From the NCBI GenBank assembly GCA_038087875.1, contig CM075987.1, positions 23,624,001-23,688,000 of the forward strand: DNA of 64,000 nucleotides, written 5' to 3'. The stretch is from Malacoraja senta (lineage: Eukaryota). Both the position numbers and the translations under genes were made by a program. Positions 1 through 12,923 of this stretch are shown one piece after another. The notes beneath the pieces are model-generated. The model had not been told where the DNA came from. It did not search any database and saw only the letters and a program-made list of their open reading frames with translations. Each line of letters starts with the position of its first letter. The first letter of the stretch is position 1.

Positions 1-69
1 AAGACCTCATCTATGTCCCCAAACCTTTGCACAAATTGCCTGTTTTGTCCCCAATAGGACCTTCTTGTA

Positions 70-455
70 GAAAGAATGGAGCTTATAGAGACATAAAATT
101 CTTAAGGGACTGGACAGGCTAGATGCAGGAAAAATGTTCCCCACGTTGGGGGAGTTCAGAACCAGGGGTCACAGTTTAAGACCAAGGGGTTAGGCCAGTT
201 AGGACCGAGATAAGGAAAGACTTTTTCACCCAGAGAGTTGTGAATCTGTGGAATTCTCTGCCACAGAAGGCAGTGGAGGCCAATTCACTGGATGTTTTCA
301 AGAGAGAGTTAGATTTAGCTCTTAGGGCTAAAGGAATCAAGGGATATGGGGAAAAACAGGAACGGGGTACTGATTTTGGATGATCAGATATTGAATGGCA
401 GTGCTGGCTTGAAGGGCCGAATGGCCTACTCCTGCACCTATTTTCTATGTTTCTC
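70..455 (+). mobile_element. CR1/HER1-like LINE 3' end
   Basis: Same 3' consensus as 44380-44759. Confidence 0.85.
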
Positions 456-739
456 TTCCCCTGGTTACACTCTTGTGTTGAATTTACTTGTGAAAGGCAC
501 TCAGCTGGTCACAGCCCCCCAACTCAGAGATGACCCTTGGACCACTCCATTAACCACTCCTCCTCAATCTGTGCCAGTGCGTTGTATCAGTACATTAACG
601 TTAGCGTTACCCAAAGTGTATTTTGTATCAGTTTATAGCAGAGGAAACGGAGGAAATACAAAGATAGAAGAGAAACTAAAACTAAATAGGAGGAACTTAC
701 TGACTGCACATTTAGTTGTAGAGTGGAGATGAGGAAGAT

Positions 740-980
740 GGGGCTCACGGTGGAGTTACTGCCTTACAGCGCCAGAAACCCAGGCTCGATCCTGACTACG
801 GATGCTGTCTGTACGGAGTTTGTACATTCTCCCCGTGACCATCTGGGTTTCTCCGGATGCTCTGGTTTCCTCCCACACTCCAAAAACATACAGGTTTGTA
901 GGTTAATTGGCTTCGGTAAAATCGTCCCCAGTGTGTAGGATGGTGCTAGTGTACGGGGATCGCAGGTCGGCACGGACCCG
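740..980 (+). mobile_element. HE1-like tRNA-derived V-SINE
   Basis: tRNA-like A/B boxes followed by the V-domain-like TTTCCTCCCACACTCCAAA...GGTTAATTGG. Confidence 0.8.
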
Positions 981-1687
981 GAGAAGGGGAAAAATAGATC
1001 AGCTGTTTTCGAATGGCAGAGCAGACTCGATGGGCCGAATGGCCTAATTCTGCCCCGATGTCTTGTGGTCTTGTAACAAAAATCAAGAACATGACCTGGA
1101 GACACAAGGAACAGCAGATGCTGGAATCTTGCCTGGAGGACAAAGTGCTGGAGTAACTCAACAGGTCGGGCAGCATCTGTGGAGGGTCCTATCCATTCCC
1201 TCCACAGATGCTGCCTGAGCCGCTGAGTTACTTTGTGTTATCCACCCACTAGCGATTAGGCTCAGTGGTAGCAACCTCGCTTCAGTGTAAGGTGGCTGCA
1301 ATTTCAAACCCAAGTGAATGACTCAATCCAGAGAGGGTTGAGTGGGGCACTGCGCTTCCAACCCTTCTGACCAGTGGTTAGATCGAGACCTCTCACAAAG
1401 CCCAACATTGGACAGTGAAAGGGCATGTTCCGCTTGTTGCTCCAGCCAGTAGTTCCACCCCCCCCCACCCCACCCCTGCCCCCAATCATTCACCGCCGAG
1501 CTGTGCATTAAATCATTGGGACTGCTTGTACGTTTTGAAACGGTTTTTTTGCACAAAATTAGTTCTGGCAAAAGACCATCAATTGGAGAGTCGGTAGAGA
1601 AAAATGCTGGAGAAACTCAGCGGGTGAGGCAGCATCTATGGAGCGATAGAAATAGGCGACGTTTCAGGCCGAAACCCTTCTTCAGAC

Positions 1688-2074
1688 CAAAGATCCTATA
1701 GCGGATAGACCACTCCTTCTAAATGCAATGGGCTGACGTGTAGTACGCAACGGAGCGGAACGTGGGCCTTTTTTTCATCCATTTCAGTAACCCGACCCGA
1801 CCCGACCCGCAGTGTAATCAACGTTGCGGGGGAACAGTTTGTGTTAATAAATTATGATTCTGAAAATGAGAAGATTTTTTACCGAAGAACTTTAATTTTT
1901 ACGAGGATGTTTCCGTAACCGGCTTCCGTCTCCGCACTAGTATCTTTGCTAGTATCTATGGGATCTTTGGTGTGGAGACGGAAGCCGGTTACGGAAATGG
2001 ATGCATGAATCTGCCCGTGACCGTACTACGTATTTTTCGTCGAGTGATCTATCTTGCTCGCTATAGGATCTTTG
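1688..2074. mobile_element. Non-autonomous DNA transposon (P or hAT superfamily), 387 bp
   Basis: 16-bp perfect TIR CAAAGATCCTATAGCG. 8-bp TSD CTTCAGAC at 1680-1687 and 2075-2082. Internal inverted repeat ~1909-1997. Confidence 0.88.
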
Positions 2075-2570
2075 CTTCAGACTGATGTGAGGGTGGGGGG
2101 GGGGGGGGAGAACAAAGGAAGAGGTGGAGCCCGTGGGCTGAGGGAGAGCTGAGAAGGGGAGGAGAAAGTAAGGACTACCTGAAATTAGAGGTCAATGTTC
2201 ATACTGCTGTGTGATTTACATGAGCATAAGTCAAAGGAGCAGATTTAGGCCATTTGGACCATCGCGTCTGCCATTCCATCACAGCTGATCTGTTTTTCCT
2301 TCAACCCCATTCTCCTCCCCTTAACCTCTGACGCCTTTCTGCAGCATATTTCAGCATTTTCTGATCATATTTCTAAAATGACAAGTTATTTCTATCCCTC
2401 ACTGTCATTTCAATTTTCAAACGTTTCATCCACCACCACCTGCCATTTTCTCGACATGAAAAACCACAAGGGTACTTCCTAGTTCTATTTAGTTTCGTTG
2501 AAAATCCCCCCCGTGAAAATAATCTTCCTGTTTCCACAAACCTTGGCCTGGTTTAAAGTTGCTGCCCCAG

Positions 2571-3068
2571 TCAATAGACAATAGGTGCAGGAGTAGGCCA
2601 TTCGGCCCTTCGAGCCAGCACCGCCATTCATGTGATCATCCCCAATCACTACCCCGTTCCTGCCTTCTCCCCATATCCCCTGACTCCGCTATTTTTAAGA
2701 GCCCTATCTAGCTCTCTCTTGAAAGCATCCAGAGAACCTGCCTCCACCGTCCTCTGAGGCAGGGAATTCCACAGACTTACCACTCTCTGTGAGAAAAAGT
2801 GTTTCCTCGTCTCCGTTCTAAATGGCTTATTCCTTATTCTTAAACTGTGGCCCCTGGTTCTGGACTCCCCCAACATCGGGAACATGTTTCCTGCCTCTAG
2901 TGTGTCCAAGCCCTTAACAATCTTATATGTTTCAATGAGATACCCTCTCATCCTTCTAAACTCCAGAGTGTACAAGCCCAGCTGCTCCATTCTCTCAGCA
3001 TATGACAGTCCCGCCATCCCGGGAATTAACCTTGTAAACCTACGCTGCACTCCCTCAATAGCAAGAAT
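2571..3068 (-). mobile_element. CR1/HER1-like LINE 3' end
   Basis: IEGVQRRFTRLIPGM...LWNSLPQ; TATTGTC tail. Confidence 0.88.
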
Positions 3069-4078
3069 TGCTATTCTTGACAGTCCTCCTGCCCCTTGCC
3101 CCTTGCCCCTTGCCCAGCCCACCACAGAACCAGGCAATCGTGATCTGACCCCACTCCTGCGCAGACACCTCAGATAAAAGCTCCAGGCTTGACATTCATC
3201 CTCTCCGGCATCCAGAACTCCCCTTGTCGTGGAAACCATATTCTCTCATCTTGTTCTCTCGCCTCTGACACTGGGAGTTTTGGTTGGTTGTTGAAAGAAA
3301 CAGCGTGGAAAGATACAGGCCCTTCGGCCCACCATCGATCACCCATTCACGCTAGTTCTATGTTATTCCACTGACACATCCACTCTCTCCACACCCGGGG
3401 GCCAATTCACCGACAAACGATGTGTGGGGGGGGGGAGGGAGGAAATCCACGCAGTCACAGGGGGAGCGTGCAAACTCCACACATACAGACAGAACCAGAG
3501 GTCAGGATTGAACCTGGGCCTCTGGCGCTGAGAGGCAGCAAGCACTGTGTCGCCCAAGGTGGAATCGTCACTTGAGCCTCTCCAATAAAACCCAGTTTAT
3601 TCCCAATCTTATTCATGGTACAATGAATGTCAACCCAATCTCAATCTTGATCCAATACCCAACCACCGCTCCTCTGAGGCCATTCCTCGCCCCTCCCTCA
3701 TTTCCCTGTCATGGCAAATGTTGTTAATGTGCAGGAAGGAACTGCAGATGCAGGGTTAAACTGTAAATAGACAGAAAATGCTGGAGTAACACAGCGGGTC
3801 AGGCAGCATCTTGAGAAAGGGAATAGGTGATGTTTCGGGTTGAGACCCTTCTCCCCAACCCCAAGTCCTGCCCCCCCCCCCCACACACACACACACACAC
3901 ACATTCTCTCCCTGATCCAATTCTCCATCTCGCCCCCTCCCCTGGCTCAGGGAAGACAGGAACACTCAGCGGGTCGGGCAGCATCTCTGGAGAGGAGCAC
4001 CATGAAGGTTTCAGGTCGAACTCGTGTTGCCAGCTCTGGTAACCCCCCTCCCTCCCCCCCCCCCCCCCATCTTCTCAC

Positions 4079-4296
4079 CTCTCTTGGGAGCTGGCGTTAC
4101 GGCACTGCGCCTTGCTCCCCTCCGCACCCCCGGCCGAAAGACAACTTCTATCCCCAAACTCCAACTCCTGCGCCAGCGGTTGTATTACGATGGCCAGGAC
4201 ATAGCGATCAAGCTGGTTCAGCAGATAGGCGGCGAGGAGACAGCAGAGAACATACACAGGGTATGTGCCCGCTTGGCAGAAGCCCAGAGCTCCCAT
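4079..4296 (-). CDS. First coding exon of an MFS (spinster-like) transporter; remaining exons not found in the window
   Basis: ATG at 4296. Hydrophobic TM1 followed by LLNQLDRYVLAIV (MFS TM1 N-x-x-DR motif), then a Cys-containing loop with an NAS sequon. Donor AG|gtgaga at 4079/4078. CpG-rich surroundings at 4090-4520. Confidence 0.78.
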
Positions 4297-4535
4297 CGAC
4301 CGGAGCAGAGGCGCCCGAGCAGGTTCAACCGGAACGTCTCACTCTCTCAACCCCGGGACGGGAACAAAGCCCGCAGCTTTCTCGCGTTTGCAGAAACATC
4401 CACCCCCCCTCCCCAACCAACCACCGCGGAGGCAGACGTTCAAATCTCAGGTTAATTTCACTTCCCGAAACGCTGCAGAGACAAGTGTAGGAAAGTCCAA
4501 CAAAGTCGATGGCGGCCGAGGACAATGCTACTTAC

Positions 4536-4568
4536 CAAAGATCCCATAGCACCTCTATAGGATCTTTG
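4536..4568. mobile_element. 33-bp TIR-only remnant of the same family
   Basis: CAAAGATCCCATAG...CTATAGGATCTTTG with 8-bp TSD CTACTTAC at 4528-4535 and 4569-4576. Confidence 0.85.
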
Positions 4569-7394
4569 CTACTTACATCGACAAAACAAAATATTCCGCA
4601 TGGAGTCAGGTGGTGGTGGTGGGTGGGGGGATCCCGGGAGAGTCAGCTGAGATAGTGAAACTTTTAGTGCTTCAGCGAGGGGCAGCTGTGGAATGGAGAA
4701 CTCGGCAAAACACTCAGCTTGGAGGGAAATGTGGATAGAGTGGATGTGGGGAGGGATGTTTCCACTGGTGGGAGTCTAGGACCAGAGGCCAGAGCCTCAG
4801 AATAAAAAGGCATACCTTTAGAAAGGTGATGGAATTTATTTAGTCAGAGGGTGGTGGCTGTGTGGAATTCATTGCCAAGTCAATGGATAGTTTTAAGGCG
4901 GAAATTGACAAGATTCTTGATTCTTCTTCTTGCGTATGGCATACACAGCCTAAAGTTGTGGGACAACTTGTTCTATTTGATCTTATTGTTATTGTGCACA
5001 CCAGGTTGATTGCATTCGTCGAAACAGTGCGGACCACGTGAAGGTTGCAATCTCCCACCCCAAAGATTCTTGATTAGCGCGGGTGCTAGGGGCTGCAGGG
5101 CGAAGGCAGAATGGGGTTGAGAGGGAAAGAACGGTTGAGAGGGAAAGATCAGCCATGCTGGGAAGAAGGAAGGAAGAGGCGGAGACAGTATGCTGTGGGA
5201 GAGCTGGGAAGGAGGGAGAATGCAAGGACTACCTGAAATTGGAGGTCAATGTTCATACCGCTAGTCCTCCAATTTGCGGTGGGATTCACTCTGGCCATCT
5301 TAGTTTGGTTTATTGTCCTGTTGCGAGCTATCCAGTCATAACCCCAGGGAGGAGGAGCCAGCTGGGAGAGGTATCATCCGCTCTATGATCTTTGGGTACC
5401 ATGGCAGAATCCCTCAACTTGGACAGGAGGAAAGAGAACCTCACTCCTTCAACTCCCAGAAAAATCATCGGTGGAGATTTGCAGAACCGGGTGCTGTGCT
5501 ATTCTCAGCTGCTCTACAAAACTTGTACGAACTTTAGAAAAGTACATCACAGGAAAAGGCCCTTCGGCCCACTGCGTCTGTGCTGAACACAACTGAGTTT
5601 AGTTCATTGTCACGCGCAGCGAGGTACAGTGAAAAGCTTCCTGTTGGGTGATATCCAGTCAGCAGAAAGACTATACATGATTACAATCCAGCCGTCCACA
5701 CTGTACAGATATCGGATAAAGGGAATAGCATTTAATGCAAGATAAAGTCCAGTAAAGATGGTGAGGTCTCCAATGAGGTAGATATTAGCTCAGAACGTTG
5801 TCTAGTTGATCATCGCCCATCACTGAACTCAAATAATGTAGGCGTTGGAAACCAATTATATCAGCCCAAACTATTGTTCCCCAAAATATTGTACAAAGTT
5901 CGGCCTTCGTAAACTCTTGTCAAACTACTGAATATTAAATTATGTTCCAAATTCAGTTAGTCCAAGATATTATCTAGGACTGTGAAATTAATTTTTGTGT
6001 CCAATGCAGTAAAGGTATCACTATACACAAGTACGTAGATAATATTAGATAAGCATCTCAGATACAGTCCAACTGTGTATCAGTAGTGCACTGAATCAGT
6101 AGTCGCCAGTTTGGTGCCATTTTCAAGTCCCAGTTGTTGTAGATAGATGCAGGGATCTTGATCTGACCATGAAGGTCTGTTGTCCTGGTGGCGTTGCTGG
6201 GTCGGCCTGGCCAAGCGTAGCCGTTGGTGCCCTCCGCCACTGCTCCACTGCTGTAGACTATGTGTGGTCCACACGCTCGGCGCCCGGTCCAGCCGAGCCG
6301 CAGGGTCTCTAGCAGCCCACTCCACCATCGATACAGTGCACTGCCTCCCGCAGCCAGTCCTCCAACCGGCTCCTTCCACTCTGAGCCAGGTCTCCCGGTG
6401 TGTTCCCGGTCCGTGGCGCAGTGTCCTCGATCCTCCCGGGTGGGTCTTCCATCCACGGCAGTCGGGTCTCCGGGCGAGCTCCTAGTCCGCGGCGCAGGGT
6501 CCTTGATCCGCAGCGGGCGAGTTGGGCCTACCAGGTGGGCATGTCCCCGGTCTCCAGCGGACAGGTAGGGCCCCATCAGGTGGGACTTACCAGCACCATA
6601 CCACACCGGTAGCAACGTTACACCTCAATACTTTTCACCCATGCTACAGGGACAGCCCTGCACCTATTCAGATCCCCGGTGTAGAGGGACAGCAACACCC
6701 ACCAGTGAGGCCCTTGGAGAGTCAAGACCAACCCATTGAGCAGCGCCACAATGGGATTTGCATGCACCAGTATCGCACCGAGACAAAAAAAACTGTGCAG
6801 CCAAGGTGACCTTAGATAGTCATCTGAAGGACCCACTGGGATTAATGTGGCCATTATGCAAGGGTGGGTGAATTTTACACATAGAACACAGCTCATAATC
6901 AGATCCCAGTTGCTGTTTCACTGCTACCTGGTTAAAATAATACAAAAGCAAGTTTTATGTTCAAACCTCTTGTATTAACAGGAAATCAAGGGGAAATTAC
7001 ACCAACACCTCAGAGCTGGAAGGACTCAACCCCAGCATTCCAGGAGAGATCATCACTACTGCAACACTATTCACAGGTAATGGAAAGATTTCCACAGTGC
7101 CTACTTATTACTTGGTACTGTCGTCAATTCAAACTAAAATATTAAAAGATACTGGCTCCACAAAATCATGAGGCTCTGTACAAACCATGACCAGGAAAAT
7201 CTGTCGGCCGGTGGTCAGAGGAAAACCTAAGGGGAGGGGAGGAAGGGAGGGAGGGGGGAGAGAATTTCAGCTCCAATCTCCGTACAACTCTTCCATCTTC
7301 CACATCACTCCCGACATCACCTTGCTTGAAGCTCCCTCAGTTTCCAGCAGTTAGCAGGACCCTACAGCTATCAGCCATGGCCCTGCCATGTTGC

Positions 7395-7400
7395 TTTATT
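7395..7400 (-). promoter_or_regulatory. Candidate polyadenylation signal (AATAAA) for WDR5
   Basis: First canonical minus-strand AATAAA noticed downstream of the stop codon (~1.6 kb 3'UTR). Unverified. Confidence 0.25.
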
Positions 7401-8942
7401 CCGGGAGATCAGACAAGGAAGATCCAAGTCCAAAACCTGGTCTGTAGCTTCAGCTGATTCCCAATAGTGATATGCGTTGGCGAATGAAGGATCTGTTCAG
7501 GAACACGGACCCTGGCTGATTTTAACCCCCGCCCCCCTTGCCTTGCCAAGTGGCATTAAGACCACAGGTGAGCCTCACCTGCTATAAACCAGGGCAGGTG
7601 GGGTGAACCTGGTGCATGCTGTCTCATACAGCCGCACAATATGAGGCGCAATCACTCACACCACCCTCCGCAGACCTGCAATGCAAAACATCCGATGCCA
7701 GTGCGCCCCCTGTTCAAGTACACCTTCAGGAGTGCTCGCTTATAAGAATGCTTTCTCTCAATTTGGGTCTGTGCAATGGAGATAGAATCACTATTATCCC
7801 CCCATATTCCAGAAATGAAATGTAGAAGAGACCTATCAAATCCAATGCCTTCAATGTTCATTGCCCCAGGTAAAGCCTACTTCGACCTCATGGCACCTAG
7901 CATAAGGGAGGCAGGTGAGGGGAGAGAACGAAGAGTACGTCCAGTCACAAGGAACAATCACCTTCGACACTGCTTTGAAATTGTGATGCATTGGAAGTGT
8001 GAGGGACTTATAACTCTGCTCCTCCCAGCTAGCTGCAACACACAGCACTGCAGATGATCAATACTGTGTAAGGGGAGGGGGGGGGGGGAGGGGAATGATA
8101 CCAGCACGCAATCTCGCCAGAGCTGTTTCTCTCAAACCCCTCGGGCGAGGATAGTTAGGAATCCCAATGGAGACCATCATATAGCACCAGTCCTAAAATA
8201 GCTCCCCCACCGACCATGCCCAGTATAGCTGGCAGCACTGCCTATAATGCTATGTTGGCTAGAGAACCACTGGGAACATTCTGCTTGAAGGGAGCCGGAG
8301 GGGCACAATTGCCAACCTGAATCTCTCTGGATGGTAATACTATCTGATCCTGGGAGAAGGGATGGCCAATCCAGACTCCTGCAGCAGGACCTCCAAGGTC
8401 CCAAGGCCAGAGACAGTGAGTGCTCATTCTAAGTGGTATGTTAGTTCAGGGTCAAGGCCATAGCAGCACTTGAGGTAAAGGCAGGGAATTGAGGAGGGCA
8501 AGAGGAAAGGGCAATGGCAGACAATCGAATACCAAGAGATACACAAGAGGAGGAATTTTAAAGACAAATAAAAAGAGAGTTGACTGGCTAACTTTAAAAC
8601 ACAGCCAACCGTCAATAGCAAGTTTATATAAAAAAAAAACATTCCACTACCAACTAAACCCACTAATTAAAAGAGAATCTTCACAAGAATGGACAGGGGA
8701 TAAAGTCACAAGTGATTTGGTCACAAAAAAAAAACTTTAGACGGGGGAGTTTGTGAGAGTGCGTTTCTGCGCACACGTGGGCGTGTTTTAAGCATACAAT
8801 AACTCCCTAAGTGTTATGAGTCCGCAGTAAAAATGGGATTTGTTCCGACGCTGCCGCAGGGTCTGTAATGCTGCGTCACCAGTTTGAGCAGGGACTGCAC
8901 AGTCTCAGACGTCAGGACTACCAGGGGCCTGTCTCTGTGTCC

Positions 8943-8969
8943 AGGCAGGCAGGCAGGCAGGCAGGCAGG
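8943..8969. repeat. (GGCA)n microsatellite in the WDR5 3'UTR
   Basis: Directly visible ~40 nt downstream of the stop codon. Confidence 0.9.
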
Positions 8970-9009
8970 GACAGGGCACAGTTCTCTCGGTGGTAATGCT
9001 GCTTGCTCT

Positions 9010-9219
<210 letters not shown>

Positions 9220-9344
9220 TTAAAGAGACGTTCGTCAAAACAGAATGGACTTACAACTGAGGATCAAACAACAACTAGTGGAGAAATTCAGGAAGTCAGG
9301 TAAAGAGATGGCCGATGTTTCAGGTTGAGACATATATTGAGTTT

Positions 9345-9755
9345 TTTTCGGCACTGGGCCTTTACTCACTAGAGTTTAGAAGGATGAGGGGGAACATTGA
9401 AACTTACCAAATAGTGAAAGACCCAGATAGAGTGGATGTGAAGAGGATGTTTCCACTAGTGGGAGAGTCTAGGACCAGAGACCATAGCCTCAGGATAGGA
9501 CATACCTTTAGAAAGGAGATGAGGAGGAATTTATTTCGTCAGAGGGTGGTGAATCTGTGGAATTCATTGCCACAAAAGGCTGTGGAGGCTAAGTCAATGG
9601 ATATTTTTAACGTGGATATTGATAGGCCCATGATTATTTAAGGGTATCAAGAGTTATGGGGAATAGTGTTGAGGATGAGATAGATCAACCATGATTGAAT
9701 GGCAGAGTAGACTTGATGGGCCGAATGGACTAATTCGGCTCCTACAACTTATGAA
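9345..9755 (+). mobile_element. CR1/HER1-like LINE 3' end
   Basis: GLYSLEFRRMRG...LWNSLPQKAVEA. Confidence 0.82.
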
Positions 9756-10929
9756 TTGATGAGTCTACATCAGGTTTGAGAGTGTAAAGGAGAGATCGGC
9801 AGTATAAAGAGAGGAGGGGGACGATCGAGGCAGGAGCTGACAAATGATAGGTGGTTCCAGGAGAAGAAGGGTTGATGGGCAGATGCCAGAGTCAGGTGGG
9901 GGAAGCGACGGAGGCTGGCAGATAGTTAGGGGAGGCAACAAAGGGCTGCAGACTATGCACTCTGATATAAAAAGTGCTTTGTAGAACCAGATGAGCTATG
10001 GGATGCTGTGCAGATGGGAACAGAGGGGGTGGGGAAAAAGAGCAGGCATACAAACGCACACTCTTAGGAATGATCCTAATCTCAAGTCAGAGCTGTGTGT
10101 TTAGGGGCTTTGGGTTGAGGACATTATGTTCCAGAATGAAGGAGCTATCAATGTCCAGAACATGAGACAGAGCCCGAATTAGCACAAGGAAATTCAGGAA
10201 CTATGCCATGAAGCGCATCTCCACATGCATTGCATAATGGGTTTTGCCATTTATAAGCTCGGTGCTTCTGAGTAGACGGCACTGGGAATCAAGCAGGATG
10301 TTAATGGGATCTCATTAACCACAGTGACACAATGGGGCCGCTGCCTCAATGCCAAATAGTGGCTCGAGCCAAATCCTGACCTCCATTGCGATCTACAAAG
10401 TCTTAAGTATATGGAAGTGGTTGAATCTGGGGGAGTTGATGGAAACGTGGGAAGAATTAAATGGAATTAGTGCAAATAGGTGGTTGATGGCAAATGGCCA
10501 GTTTACGCGCTGTGGCTCCAAAATGACATACAGAATAACTGAAAGACTGGAGAATGCACCAATGATAGATATAATGTACACAAAACCCCCACAACACTTT
10601 GTGTAGCTCAAGGCTAAGTCTTCATTTAGGTCACTATTATAACATCACTGGGTGGTGCAAGAGCACTCCAGGTATAATGGAATTTTGTGGCAATTCTACA
10701 GCAAAGTCGGCCAGAAAAGCATGTTACAAAACACGTTTTAAAATTCCACATCAGTATTACGCTGGCCACAATTCCAGCACAAGATCCACTCTGACCCTGC
10801 CTGCTCCCTTCAGTGCGAGACCAGTTCCCTTTCCTACATCTAAGAATGCAACTAGCGATGCATCCTCAAATGTTAAATTCCAACTTCTCGTCTTTGTGCC
10901 ATATTTATTCCTTTAACCTACTGATTTCA

Positions 10930-11260
10930 TAAGTTCATAGGTAATATGAGCAGAATTAGGCCATTCGGCCCATCAAGTCTACTCCGTCATTCAATCAAGG
11001 CTGATCTATGTTCCCCTCTCAACCCCATTCTCCTACCTTCTCCCCATAACCTCGGACAACCACATTAATCAAGTATCTACCTCTGCCGTAAAAATATCCA
11101 TTGACTTGGCCTCCACAACCTTCTGTGGCAGTGAATCCCACAGATTTACCACCCTCTGACTAAACAAATTCCTCTTCATCTCCTTGAAACATCCTCTCCA
11201 CATCCACTCTTTCCAGGCCCATCACTAGTCTGTAAGTTTCAGCGAGGTCCCCGCTCATCC
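10930..11260 (-). mobile_element. CR1/HER1-like LINE 3' end, degenerate
   Basis: Reverse complement of the family 3' consensus. Confidence 0.72.
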
Positions 11261-12043
11261 AAAAGAGCCCAGGTGGCTTAAATTTACTCAGAACCACATA
11301 GGGCAGCAAATTGGGAGCATAAGGTTACAATGTGGTATCAACAGGTTAAAGCAGTGAGGGAAATATTAGCAGACAAAGCCCAATGTTTGTTTGGGTGGGG
11401 TGGAGTCTGGGAGCAAGACAGCATTCTCTTTAGGATTGCCTAAATAACACAGCCAGTGGGAAGACAATACACGTGGAACTAAGAACGAGGACTACATCAA
11501 TTTTTTAAGGGACAAAAGAGAGAGAGAGAGAGAGGAGTGAAGAGGGGGTGGAGAGGGAAAGAGAGAGAGAAAAAAATTTACTGTGACTTATAACATGTGA
11601 CAAAGCATTAATTTACAAGACCAAATGGAAAGTTATTTTTCATCTTAAGGGACTGGAATACAATGGGGGAAACCTGCAGTGCAGCCGCTACCCCTAGTTG
11701 GACCCCATAAAGAGCACTGTATTTAGTTATGGAGACCGAGATTCAGTGACAATGTGCAGAATTTAGAAGGACATGAGCAGTTGACTTAAATGAGTTGAGA
11801 TTAAGGTTACCTTTGAGAATGTGATTCATTGACTAGGCTTCTATTGTTTGGTACAAGTGACCTCTTTGGTATTGAAGTTGGAAGGATTTGATGTGGTGCA
11901 GAACAAGGAGGAATGGATTAAACAAATGTGCAAAGGTTGCCTCAAGAAGCATTTTATCTTATAAAAAGTAGTGCAAATCTGAAAATATCGCACACGCACT
12001 CCAACAGTAAATAAAGACCGAGGCTGCATATCTAACTGTTTCA

Positions 12044-12238
<195 letters not shown>

Positions 12239-12312
12239 TTACTCATCGAATAATAGGGAAAAAAATTACAGGCTGAGACGGCTTGGGAACAAACCATTCA
12301 CTTTTTTTTTTA

Positions 12313-12611
12313 AAGTTTAGAGATGCAGCTTGAAAACAGGCCCTTCGGCCCACCGAGTCGGCACCGACCAGCTATCCTGCACACTAAGACTATCCTACAC
12401 ACTCTGGGGACAATTTACATTTATACCAAGCCAGTGAACCTACAAACCTGTACGTCTTTGGAGTGTGGGAGGAAAACAAAGATCTCGGAGAAAACCCACG
12501 CGGGTCACGGGGAGAACGTACAAACTCTGTACAGACAGCACCTGTAATCAGGATTGAACCCGGGTCTCTGGCGCAGTAAGGCAGCAACTCTACCGCTGCG
12601 CCACCATGCCG
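12313..12611 (-). mobile_element. HE1-like V-SINE, full length
   Basis: Same consensus. Other minus-strand copies at ~3295-3556, 17400-17600, 19144-19435, 21925-22188, 28585-28860, 43123-43400, 44760-45040 and 50450-50732. Confidence 0.85.
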
Positions 12612-12923
12612 CAAACTCGTCTGTATGTGTTTACGTTCCACAAGAGCCATCTCCCATTTGATTTCATTTAATTCCTTGTCCCAAATCTTGTTTCCCCCTT
12701 AAATGCAATTGTTATTCATTGCAAACACTGTGAGCAGGAGGTTTGGCATCCTCACCACTTGCCCACTAAAGAATTCAGACTTCCTCCTTGATTCAAGTCA
12801 CAATTCCCCTTTTGTGAATAAGATTAAAACTAAAACTAAAGACCATGCATGACCTCTTGGAAAATCGTAAACTCAAACTGAGGGGAAGGCCCAGACCCAT
12901 TGCCAATCTGCACATTGTTATCC

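Noticed and set aside
3840..4490. 216-aa plus-strand ORF
   Set aside because: Antisense shadow of the MFS exon running through microsatellite, poly-C and PLE sequence.
4600..9000. U6atac snRNA gene, expected downstream of WDR5 from human synteny
   Set aside because: No match to the U6atac 5' sequence (GTGTTGTATGAAAGGAGAG) was seen on either strand by eye; an Rfam cmsearch would be decisive.
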